DNA of 55,459 nucleotides from a virus (lineage: Duplodnaviria > Caudoviricetes), in IMG/VR virus record IMGVR_UViG_3300047476_000267, positions 1-55,459 of that record, one strand, 5' to 3'. The notes under the pieces are model-generated. The model made no database searches and was not told where the DNA came from. It was given only the letters and a program-made list of their open reading frames with translations. Position numbers and translations under genes: made by a program. This document shows, piece by piece, positions 10,518 through 21,300 of this stretch (positions are counted from its first letter, which is position 1; each line of letters starts with the position of its first letter).

Positions 10518-10961
10518 ATGAGTTTCATCGCCAACTTTGCCCAGACACAACCGTTATACGCCGAAGGTGGATTAGCTGCCGCCTCCAGAAGTCTGCAAGA
10601 GGGGAAGATCACCAAAATTATCAGCAATTACTTCCAGAATAGGGGTATACCCTTACAAGTAGGGTTGGCAGAGCTGAAAAAGGAAGTGGCTAACGGGCTT
10701 AAATTTGTCCAGTTTGAGAACTCAGTTATGGCTTATAAGATTCTCAGCCCTGGGGTGGCTCAGATCCATTTTTTCACAATAGATACGATTGCTCAGTTGG
10801 CTGATGATATGCAGTATTTCATCGCTGAGCTTAAGAATATGGGCATCAAAACTGTCTACGATACGGAGCCAGCTCCTGTAACTACCGAGTCTTTCAAACG
10901 TTATGGAGGGAAACTGGAGCAGTCTGACAATCCTAAGTACAAATTCAAGGCCACCATATGA
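10518..10961 (+). CDS. Hypothetical protein
   Basis: GAGG RBS before ATG 10518; coupled to the next gene. Confidence 0.6.
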   Translation: MSFIANFAQTQPLYAEGGLAAASRSLQEGKITKIISNYFQNRGIPLQVGLAELKKEVANGLKFVQFENSVMAYKILSPGVAQIHFFTIDTIAQLADDMQYFIAELKNMGIKTVYDTEPAPVTTESFKRYGGKLEQSDNPKYKFKATI

Positions 10962-11377
10962 CAGTAGTAGCCTTAAAGCCCAAAGATCCGTCTTTACTTG
11001 AAGACAAGATTAATAACCTTTATAAGGCTACGGTCGCTCAGCCCCAGATTAAGTGCGAAGAAAAGCACCACTTTGGTCCAAATATCTACATTAAAGAAGT
11101 AACCATGCCAGCTGGTGCGTTGATTATTGGCAAGCATCACCGCATGGAGCATCTATGCAATATGGTCTCTGGGCGTATGATGATTCTCCAAGAAGACGGC
11201 TCTACCAAAGAACTGGTAGCCCCCATGACCTTTATGGCTAAGCCTGGTCGCAAGGTGGCTTATATCCTAGAAACTGTAGTTTTCCAGAACATCTACTCAA
11301 CCCCTGAAACTGATATTCAGAAGCTGGAAGACATGTGCATAGATAATTCAAAAACCCTATTAGAGGGAGGAAACTAA
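10958..11377 (+). CDS. Cupin-like hypothetical protein
   Basis: HHFGPNIYIKEVTMPAGALIIGKHH...H pattern. Confidence 0.6.
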   Translation: MTVVALKPKDPSLLEDKINNLYKATVAQPQIKCEEKHHFGPNIYIKEVTMPAGALIIGKHHRMEHLCNMVSGRMMILQEDGSTKELVAPMTFMAKPGRKVAYILETVVFQNIYSTPETDIQKLEDMCIDNSKTLLEGGN

Positions 11378-11378
11378 C

Positions 11379-12662
11379 ATGGCATTTGTTGCAGCAGCAA
11401 CCTCAGTCGGAGCAGCAGTACTAGGTACTGGAGCTGCTGCTGGCATCGGGTCAACTTTACTTGGTGGCGCCTTAATTGGAGCTGGTGTTGGAGGCTTATA
11501 CAGTGGCATTACTGGTGACGGCAACATTCTTAACAGCATGCTTACTGGTGGTTTGCTTGGCGCTGGTGGCGCTGCCCTAGGAAGCGCTATGGGACTTGGC
11601 GCAGCTAGTAGTGCTGGTGGTACTAGTGCAGCTGGGGCAACAGGAACTGGAAGTACTCTTGCAAGTCAAGCCGCAGCTCCGATGGCAACCGCAGTGCAAA
11701 CCGCTAGTCCAGCAGCTCAAGCAGCAGCGGCAAATGCAGCAAACTTAGAAGCATTAGCATTGGCAGAAGGTTCTACTACCGCTGGTATGGTTCCCGCAGC
11801 TAACACAGGATTGGCAGCAAATACTACACTGCCAGCCAGTATGACATTTACCCCTCCAGTTCAAGCAGCTGCTACGGGACTAACAGGCAGCAAAATGCTC
11901 GGTTATGGTCTTGCTGGATCAGCTGCCTTATCACTTTTGGGTGGCAGAAAACAAACCTCAGCTGGTCAAATGCCAGATCCTGGAATGATTCGCCCGTATC
12001 AATATGCAGCAACTCCAGCACCAGCAACAGGAGAATACCCAAACCCATATGCGACAACGCAGTATGACAGTGCTGGTCTGCCAATACTGGATACACGGGA
12101 GCGTACTTATTTCACTCCAAGTTTTACAGCCCTTCCTCCCTATGAAGCTGCCAAAGGTGGTCTGATGTATGCCTATGGCGGTCCTGTAGAACGAATGTCT
12201 GCCATGGATCAACAGCGTGGCATGTATCCACAAGGCATGATTAATAAAACAGAATATGCCACCCCTACTCAACGCCCAGCAAGCATGGAGATTGTGCGTT
12301 CTGATTACGACACTCCTGTAAACCCAATGACAGGATTACAGCCTATTGGGATGGCTATGGGTGGAGATGTTGAATATAACCTTGGCGGTTACTCTGATGG
12401 TGGTCGTTTACTTAAAGGACCAGGCGATGGGGTGTCAGATGACATACCAGCCATGATTGGTAAGAAGCAGCCAGCCCGTTTAGCCGATGGCGAATTTGTG
12501 GTTCCAGCCCGTATCGTATCTGAATTGGGCAACGGATCAACAGATGCTGGTGCTAGACGTTTATATGCCATGATGGATCGTGTACAAGCCAAACGGCAGA
12601 AGTCTGCCAAGAAAGGCAAGTTTGCAATCAACACCAAAGCAGAAAAAGAGCTACCAGCTTAA
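11379..12662 (+). CDS. Internal virion/DNA ejection protein
   Basis: Ala/Gly-rich hydrophobic N-terminus; C-terminal GPGDGVSDDIPA...LADGEFVVPA domain. Confidence 0.65.
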   Translation: MAFVAAATSVGAAVLGTGAAAGIGSTLLGGALIGAGVGGLYSGITGDGNILNSMLTGGLLGAGGAALGSAMGLGAASSAGGTSAAGATGTGSTLASQAAAPMATAVQTASPAAQAAAANAANLEALALAEGSTTAGMVPAANTGLAANTTLPASMTFTPPVQAAATGLTGSKMLGYGLAGSAALSLLGGRKQTSAGQMPDPGMIRPYQYAATPAPATGEYPNPYATTQYDSAGLPILDTRERTYFTPSFTALPPYEAAKGGLMYAYGGPVERMSAMDQQRGMYPQGMINKTEYATPTQRPASMEIVRSDYDTPVNPMTGLQPIGMAMGGDVEYNLGGYSDGGRLLKGPGDGVSDDIPAMIGKKQPARLADGEFVVPARIVSELGNGSTDAGARRLYAMMDRVQAKRQKSAKKGKFAINTKAEKELPA

Positions 12663-13115
12663 ATGTTGCATAGCGCCCAAACAGATGAAACTAAAGCCCT
12701 TGCATCCACACTTTTGCTTGAACATGCGGGAGTCCAGCCATGCGCTGATTTCCAAGCACTGTTCTGGGTTGGGGAGGATAATCACATTGAATGGGTCATT
12801 GGCTACACAGCCTTTATAGGAAAGACTTGCCAAATGCACATGGTTAATTTAAAAGGAGGCTATACACCCAAGGGATTGCTCTTTGGTGCATTTGATTATC
12901 CTTTTAACTTCCTTGGTCTTGAGAAGGCGTTTGGAATTGTGAACAGCCTCAATACCAAGGCGATGGAGTATGACAAAAAACTGGGATTTAAAGAAGCCAT
13001 CCGTTTCCCAGGGATGCACTGTGATGGCGGTGATTTAGTAGTATTTGAAATGAATAAAGCTGACTGTCGCTGGATTAGGGAGCGGGTAAAACATGAAACA
13101 GAATTGGTCTCGTAG
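12663..13115 (+). CDS. GNAT acetyltransferase-like protein
   Basis: AFDYPF...NTKAMEYDKKLGFKE motif; lies between ejection genes. Confidence 0.7.
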   Translation: MLHSAQTDETKALASTLLLEHAGVQPCADFQALFWVGEDNHIEWVIGYTAFIGKTCQMHMVNLKGGYTPKGLLFGAFDYPFNFLGLEKAFGIVNSLNTKAMEYDKKLGFKEAIRFPGMHCDGGDLVVFEMNKADCRWIRERVKHETELVS

Positions 13116-15303
13116 AGAGTTAGAAGCCTTTGGCGAACCCCTAGGCGATAGCGTTACTCAGCGTAAGCTGGGTGGTGGATATATTTGCGGTGGCGGCGGT
13201 AAAGGCGGTGGCGGCGGTGGCGGATCTCCTCCCCCAGCATCACAATCTGTTACGCAAACCTCCATCCCTGAATATGCACGCCCTTATGTAGAGGAAATGC
13301 TTGGCAAATCTAAGGCTCTAACTGATATTGGTCAAAATCCCTATCAGGCTTACGGTGGTCAGCGCATCTCTCAGTTTTCTCCTTTGCAACAACAGGCTTT
13401 TTCTAATGTTGCATCGCAAACAACTGCTGGTCAGTTAGTTCCAGCTACCGAACTGGCTGGCGCTGCTGGTCTTGGATCTCTGGGAATTGCTGGTCGTGCA
13501 GCTGGTGCTGGTCAGGATTATTACCGCTTAGCCACAGACCCAACATCTCAGGCAGCGTTCATGTCCCCGTACATGCAAAATGCGGTAGATCGCCAAAAAT
13601 TTGAGGCAGTTCGTGATTACTACAAAACGATGCCAACTTTGGGTGCACAAGCTACAGCTGCTGGTGCTTTCGGTGGTAGCCGTCAGGCTATTCAAGCAGC
13701 TGAGGCACAGCGCAACCTCAATCAGCAGTTGCAAAATATTCAAGCAGCTGGCACTCAACGTGCATTTGAGGCTGCTCAGCAAGCTCAACAATATGGTGCT
13801 GGTCTTGGACTGCAAGGATACGGAACGGCTCTACAAGGTTTGGGTCAGGCTGGACAGGCTGGCGCTACCCTTGGTCAGCTTGGTCAAACTCAGTTTGGTC
13901 AGCAACAGGCTATCAATCAAGCCCAGCAGCAAGTGGGTGCGGTGCAACAAGCACAAGCACAACAGGCTTTGGATTTGGCATATCAAGATTTCTTAAAGCA
14001 ACGCAACTATCCATATCAGCAATTGGCATTTATGTCCGATATGCTGCGTGGCTTGCCACTCTCTCAGTCTGCCCAGCAGATCTATACAGCACCTCCAAAC
14101 TTAGCATCTCAATTAGGCGGTCTTGGTATGGCTGGACTTGGTATCTACGGCATGTCTGGTGGATTCAAAGGCAGAAAAGGTGGATTGCCGAAAGACTTTG
14201 AAGAGGTCAAAGGCTACAGTGTTGGCGGTGATATCAAGATGATGTCTACCGATCAGCTAGAGCAATTGCTAGAAAACCCCAACTTGACACCCATAGAAGC
14301 CCAGATGGTGGAGCAGCAGCTGATGCTACGCAGACGGATGGAGATGAATCCAGAGTCCGATACGATCATGCAAAGCTCTGGCATCGCTTCGATCCCAACG
14401 GGCAACATGGTTCCTATGGAAGATTCCATGGCTGGCGGTGGTATTGTGGCATTTGCCAAAGGCGATAGCGTTAAAGACACCTCTGCTGAGTACGAAAAAC
14501 TGCTCATGGAAGACATTAAGAGACGTCAGAAGATGCTTGAATCTGGTGATCCATATGCCAAATCAGAAGCCAGAGAAGCCAAGATTGAAGAAGAGCTTGG
14601 CAACATAAAGAAATATTCTCCGTTCAAGGCTTTGACTATGGCTGGACTCGGAACACTGGCTGGCACTTCTAGAGATGCTCTAACCAACCTTGGATTGGGC
14701 GGTCTTGAAGGGGTCAAGAGTTACGCACAGTCTCAGCGTGAACAGAGTGATCTTAACAAGCTCCTATTGCAACAGGCTGGTGAGCGTGAGCGTTCCAAGT
14801 TTGGTCGTGAGACTGCACTTCTTGGTTCTCAGCAGACTGCTTTGGGTCAGCTATTAGGTCGCAGATCCGCAGCTGAAACGGCTGCTGCTGCCCGTGCTGA
14901 TACAGCTGTTAAAAACAGGCAGTTAGATTTAACCCGTGCGCAGAACGCATATAGTTCTTTATATAACAATGCGGTTGAGGAGCTTACAAAGTCTTCCAAA
15001 CCAGGCGGGATCAACTACAAGAAATACAAAGAAGACCCAGACGCATTGAAGAGAGATGCCAGAAACATGGCGCTTGGAGAGCTATCTCCAGATCTTCGTA
15101 CTTTGCTTGGATTCCAAATGCCAGCTACACCAGCTGCGCCAGCTGCAACACCAGGCGCCGCTCCAAGTGCTGCAAAACCAACGGTTAGAACGCCGCCACC
15201 AGCAGCTGTTCAACAGTTAAAAAATAACGATACTCCTGAAACAAGGCAGCAATTTGATGCTATATTTGGGTCTGGTGCAGCGCAAAGAGCGCTAGGCAAA
15301 TAA
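13093..15303 (+). CDS. Internal virion/DNA transfer protein
   Basis: GGGKGGG leader, TSIPEYARPY, FMSPYMQN, AGAFGGSRQA; Gln/Ala/Gly-rich. Confidence 0.7.
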   Translation: MKQNWSRRELEAFGEPLGDSVTQRKLGGGYICGGGGKGGGGGGGSPPPASQSVTQTSIPEYARPYVEEMLGKSKALTDIGQNPYQAYGGQRISQFSPLQQQAFSNVASQTTAGQLVPATELAGAAGLGSLGIAGRAAGAGQDYYRLATDPTSQAAFMSPYMQNAVDRQKFEAVRDYYKTMPTLGAQATAAGAFGGSRQAIQAAEAQRNLNQQLQNIQAAGTQRAFEAAQQAQQYGAGLGLQGYGTALQGLGQAGQAGATLGQLGQTQFGQQQAINQAQQQVGAVQQAQAQQALDLAYQDFLKQRNYPYQQLAFMSDMLRGLPLSQSAQQIYTAPPNLASQLGGLGMAGLGIYGMSGGFKGRKGGLPKDFEEVKGYSVGGDIKMMSTDQLEQLLENPNLTPIEAQMVEQQLMLRRRMEMNPESDTIMQSSGIASIPTGNMVPMEDSMAGGGIVAFAKGDSVKDTSAEYEKLLMEDIKRRQKMLESGDPYAKSEAREAKIEEELGNIKKYSPFKALTMAGLGTLAGTSRDALTNLGLGGLEGVKSYAQSQREQSDLNKLLLQQAGERERSKFGRETALLGSQQTALGQLLGRRSAAETAAAARADTAVKNRQLDLTRAQNAYSSLYNNAVEELTKSSKPGGINYKKYKEDPDALKRDARNMALGELSPDLRTLLGFQMPATPAAPAATPGAAPSAAKPTVRTPPPAAVQQLKNNDTPETRQQFDAIFGSGAAQRALGK

Positions 15304-15319
15304 TTTGAGGATTTAACTT

Positions 15320-18300
15320 ATGGCGACTAAGCCTGAGAACGTCAACCCGTTTGCGAAATACGTTGAACAATCAGGCGAAGAAGCCCCTCCAGAAAATCCG
15401 TTTGCCAAATATCTACAGCCAGAAGAACCAAGCCAACTACTAGACCCAGCCAAAATGATTGCAGCTGGGGCTATTGGCCCTACAGCTGCCATTCCTCTAG
15501 GTCTAGAGTCATCAGTCCGTAACATCCCCCGTCAGGTCGTAGAGCAACAGGCTGTAACTCCTGTTGAAAAGGTTGGCCCATTAACATTTGCTGAGGAACT
15601 GGTCAGAAAAGGTCCAGCCCAGTTGCTTGTTAATACCGCTAGAGCTTTCATCAAAAACGCTACGGGCGAGTCCTTTGAGAAGCAACAGGAGCGCCAAAAG
15701 CAAGACGAGATTGCTGTCGACCGTGCCATCTCAAACCTACCGAGAGTTCCAGGGCTATCTCAGCTGGCAGAAGCTGGCGAAAAAGTATCTGGCAAACTGC
15801 GTGAGAGCGTATCCACGGCTGGTAAACAGGCAATTGCCGACTCTCAGATTGAGGGTAATTTATTAGAAGCTATCCAGAACCAGAATATCGACAACCTATC
15901 CTTTGGTAAAAACCCATCTTTCATGGGTTATGCCTTACAGGGATCTCAGGTTCTTGGCTCGTTAGCCCCAATCATCGGCACAGCCATTATGACTAAGGGC
16001 AGCTCCAAAGCTGTCGGTACAGTCGGTTTTGGTATGGGTGCTGGTGAGGCAGTCCAAGACGCCCAGCAATACATCTCCAAGCTCAGTGATGAAGAGTTAA
16101 TGGCAAACAGCCCGTACTTCAAGAAGATGGTTGAAGACGGGGTCAATCCAGCAGAAGCCCGTAAGGTAGTCACTGACAAAGCGGCTGAGTATGCAGCCCA
16201 GCTACAGGGTTCTGTATCGGCATTTGGTAGCGTTATCACTGGTAAGTTAATCACTGGTCAGTTCGACAAGCTGATGACTGGTCCAGTCAAGAATCGCTTA
16301 GGTCGTATAGCACTCGGTACTACAGCTGGCGCAGCAGAGGAAGGCACACAGGAGTTCCTAGAAGGTATCGCCAAGGACTTGGGTATTAACAAATCTGTTA
16401 TCAAAGAGATCGGCGAAGAGTCTTTTGCTAACTTTGTTCTCGGTGCAATTGGTGGTGCTGGTCCAGGTGCGTATCGTGGCGCAGTGGCTAAGACAAAGGA
16501 AGAGGCTGAGGCGGCAGCTAAAAAGCCAACCAGAGAACAAGTTGATGCCCAGATGCGCTTGGCACTTGGCGAAGAAGGTGTGCCTCCAGCAGTTCCACCA
16601 GCAGCTGTAACGCCACCCATTACACCAGCTCCTACTCCAGCAGAGCCAGCAGCCGAGCCAGCGTTAGAGGAAGAGATTGTTCAGCCTACGCCTCGTGCAG
16701 TCGCTCCTACCCCCATGCTATTGCAGACCGCTGGATTGCCTCCACAAGTCGCAGATCAGGTTCAAAACTTAGAAAGTCAGTTCCAATTAATTGAACAACG
16801 CAAGCTCGATCCCAACCTGACAAACGAAGAAGCAGAGATATTCCAAGAACGTCAGAACCTTATTCAGCAGCAGATTGCCCAGCTAATCCAAGCTCCAGCG
16901 CCTGAGATTCAAGCGCCAGCTATTGCAGAAGCTCCTCCAATTGACGAAGAGTTGCTTGCTGACATTCAAGAGCGTGGTGAGCCTATTGAATCCCGCATGG
17001 ATGCAGAACAGCGCCTATCGAATGGCGAACAGATCTATGCCTTCCCTGAGCAAGACGAAGGGCGCCCAACGCCAATTACTAGCGTAGATCAGCTGGCAGC
17101 CTACACGCCAGATCAGATGATGGCGTTGCCATCCGTAGCTCCAGTTGCCGAAGAGGTAGTGCGTGAGCCAGAGGTAGCTGCACCGCCAGTTGAAGAAGCT
17201 GCGCCAACAGAAGCACCAGCATTGACTCAGGCTGAGATCAACCAGCAACGCCAAGCAGAAAGACGTGCAGCTGCTGAGGCTGGTACAAAACCGCTTCCTG
17301 AAGAGCCAGAGGCAATGCTCAAGCGTCAAAAAGGATATGAAGAGGCTAGGGCTAAATATGCCGCTGATATGGATCCAATGTTTGTTTATAAAGCGCTTGA
17401 ACTTGCTGATAGAGATCTAGAAATGAGAGAAGAAGCTCTTCCAGAATTAAGAAAAATGGAAGAGATGGGTTTAATCAAAATAAAAAAGGGTAAACGTAAA
17501 TCCTTTTATCTTGGACAGGGAGCAAAAGAAGCTGGTTTAACTAATGAACTGTCTTTCTCTGGCTATCAAGATGTAGTTAATTATCTTTCTGCAAAGCCAA
17601 AAACAATCGTTGAGCTTCCCAAGAAAGAAGAAGCGCCAGCTATCAAGGTCACGCCCAATAAGATCTTTACTGAGGATGCCGCTACCAAGGCACGCAATCG
17701 CCTACGTTCCAAACTCAATCAGCTGAACTCTGGCATAGATCCTGAGTTCTTGATTGATGGCGTAACCCTATCTGGCTACCACATTGAGAAGGGTGCTCGT
17801 ACCTTTGCAGCCTACGCTAAGGCGATGATTGCTGACCTTGGCGATAAGGTTAGACCTTATCTCAAGTCTTGGTACATGGCTGTCAAGTTTGATCCACGCT
17901 CGGCTGAGTTTTCCAAAGAGATGGATGATGAGGCTACCGTAGACAAATACAAAGATGAAGAAACAACAAGCATCGCCGATCCAGACGTCAAGTTCAAGGT
18001 TGCCGAGGATATCTCCAAATACTTCTTGGCAGATGGTAGCTTCAAAGATATCGTAGAAGCCCGTAAGTTCATCAGCAACATCACCAAACAAAAGATTGAG
18101 CCTGGCACAGCTGAGGCTAAAGAGGCAGATGAGGCCATCGAAGTTGGTGTAGTCTTGGCTGCTCGAAAGATTGCAGCACGCAATAAGCCAGCCGATCAGA
18201 TATATGATGACTTGGTAGATCTATACAACCGACAGCCAAATCTATCTGTTCGCTCTTCAACCAGCATTAAAGAGCAAGCCTATTCCACCCCAGCACCTTT

Positions 18301-21300
18301 GGCGTATGTTGCATCACAGTTGGCAGATATCAATAAGGACACCACGGTATACGAGCCAACCGCTGGTAACGGCATGCTGTTGATTAATGCAAACCCTAAG
18401 AATGTCATAGCTAATGAACTTAATGGCACTCGCCTTGAGATGCTCAAGCGTGTATTGCCTGGTGCAGAAGTAGTTAACAAAAACGCTCTTAGTTTCGATC
18501 CAACCCTTTCTGATCGTGTTATTGCCAACCCGCCATTTGGTGCTATTGGCGAAGAAGTTACTGTAGCTGGGAATAAGACAAGAGAGATTGACCATGCGAT
18601 TGCTTATAAGGCATTAGGTCGCATGCCAGTTAATGGCAGAGCAGTGCTAATTGTTGGCGGTGTTCTTGGAGATTCAAACGAGAAGAGAGTAGATGGCTAC
18701 CGTTCTGCGCAAAAACGTAACTTCTATTTCAACCTCTACAAAAAATACAACGTAGTTGACCATTTCTCCGTAGCTGGAGATATGTATAAGAAACAGGGAG
18801 CTGCCTACCCTGTCGATGTAATTGTGATTGCTGGCAAAGGTGGCGAATCAATCGACCTACCAGCTGCCAATTTGCCAAAAGTCTATAGCTCGTATGAGCA
18901 ATTAAAGGAGAAGCTAGATGAAGCTAGTCGCATGGTATCCAGAGGGGCTGAGCGCCCCGCCAGAGCTGACATCGGTGAAGCTGCCGTTGGGGAAGGTGAA
19001 CCACAAGCAGTGGGTCGAGGCGCTGTCCGACCGAGTGAGCCAGCTGGCGCAGAGCGAGCCAGACCCGAAAGAGGCGAGCCTACAGGCGTGTCGGCTGCTA
19101 GACCTACCCCTAGAGGACAACCCAGTGGAGCTAGGGCAGAACCTCGTGCAGAACAACCTAAACCTACTGACGTATCTGAACGTGGCAGAGTTGAAGGAAA
19201 ACCCGTTCCAAGAGGTGAAGGAGAGCAACCCGCTGGCAGAAGAGGCGCTGAAGAACGTAGACCTAGCGAGCTGGGTGGAATTAGCGTTGTCTCAGGTGAG
19301 CGAGTCAAGTCTGGACTCGTAGAGCGTAGAGGCGAGGAAGTCGAGACCGAGCAACAGGCAACCTACGAACCTAAATCTCAGGCCACATCCGTTGGTACAT
19401 TAGTGCCACGGGCTATGCGTGACTCCATCGAGCAGTCTCTCCAGAAGGTTGAGAACGAGATGGGTAACCTTGATGAATACGTGGCTGATAACCTAGGCAT
19501 GGATTTGGAGACCTTGCGTGAGGACTTCTCCGCAGAACAAGTTGATGCTTTAGCACTAGCCATCCGTAACGCTGAGGCTGGTAAGGGTTTCATTATTGGC
19601 GACCAGACTGGTATTGGTAAAGGTCGTGTTGTGGCTGCCATGATTAAGTTTGCTATCAAGAACGGCAAGATCCCAATCTTTGTTACTGAGAAGCCAAACC
19701 TTTACTCTGACATGATTCGAGATCTAGACGATATTGGCATGACCAAAGAGTTAGCGCTTGACACAAACAGACCAAAGGTATTTATCACCAATGGTGGTGA
19801 GTCTATCCCCTATCAGCTACTCCGCAAAAAGGGTGACGAGGTAGAGGAAATTAACCTTACCCTGAAAGCTCCCAAGTCAGGCAAAGCGCTTGACGGCATG
19901 ATGGAAGAGATGCGCAACAAGGACAGCATCGGTGATTACAAGGTCATCTTTACTACCTACAGCCAGCTCCAGAACGTCAAGGGCAAGGACACAGAACGCC
20001 AAAAGTTCATTAGTAACTTTGGCATGGATAACTACATGATTTTTGATGAGTCGCACAACGCTGGTGGCGGTGGCGAAACTCAAGCAAGAACCAAGGATCA
20101 AAGAGAAGCAGCCAAGAAAGGCGAGAGTCTTAGCACTGGTCGTGCTGGTTTCGTACGTAATCTAGTACGTAATGCCTTTGGAACATTCTTCTCATCGGCT
20201 ACCTACGCCAAACGCCCAGATGTGATGGACTTGTATTCCAGCACAAACATGATGCTGGCAGTAGATAAGCCAGCGGAGTTAGCAGAAGCGATTAAGCGTG
20301 GCGGTGTGCCGATGCAGCAGATTGTGGCAACCATGCTGACCAAAGATGGTCAATATATTCGCAGAGAGAGAACTTTTGCTGGCGTAGCTTACAACACTGT
20401 AGACACAGCGGTAGACAAACAAACTGCTGAAAACATGGCAACAGCTATGCGTGAGATCCTTTCGTTCTCTCGCTCCAAGGACATTGTCCTTAAGCAGATG
20501 CAGAAACAGTTTGATAAAGAAGCCAAAATGGTTTCTGAGGTCGGTGGTGAAAAAACAACAGTTCAGGGTGCTAACTTTGGATCTGTGATGCACAACCTGA
20601 TTGACCAGATGCTCTTGTCATTGAAGGCAAAGGACTCTGTTAATCATGCTATCAATCGCCTCAAAGCTGGCGAGAAGGTAGTAATGACTGTATCCAATAC
20701 CATGGGCTCGTTCTTACAGAGCTACGCTGAGGACATGGGCATCGAGGTAGGCGGTAAGGTAGATCTCTCGTTTGCTGACCTGTATGTCCGCTATCTGGAT
20801 AAGCAGCTGATGATTACCATCAAATCACCTGATGGCACAAAGAAACAGCGCAAGCTAACACCAGATGAGCTTGGTCCTACATTGATGGCACGCTACAACC
20901 AGATTCGCCAGCAGATCGAGAACTCAGGCTTTGGATCAGCGCCCATCTCGCCTATCGACTATATGCACAATGAGTTGCGTAAGGCTGGATACAAGACCGA
21001 TGAGATTACTGGCAGAACCATTACTCTGAACTACGCTACTGGGGAGCCAATCTTAACTAGCCGTTCAGCCAATATCCGTCAGCGGGTTAATGCAGTGCGT
21101 GGCTTTAACAGCGGTGACACAGACGTCATCATCCTGAACCAAGCTGGATCTACTGGACTATCGTTGCATGCAAGCAACAAGGTCAAAGACCAGCGCAAGC
21201 GTCATATGTTGATCGTTCAGCCAGAGAAGAATATCGACACCCATATGCAGATGCTTGGGCGTGTTCACAGAACAGGTCAGGTAGTCACCCCATCCTACTC

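Noticed and set aside
18883-19322. Overlapping ORFs on other frames within the giant gene
   Set aside because: Shadow ORFs of a low-complexity Arg/Glu/Pro linker
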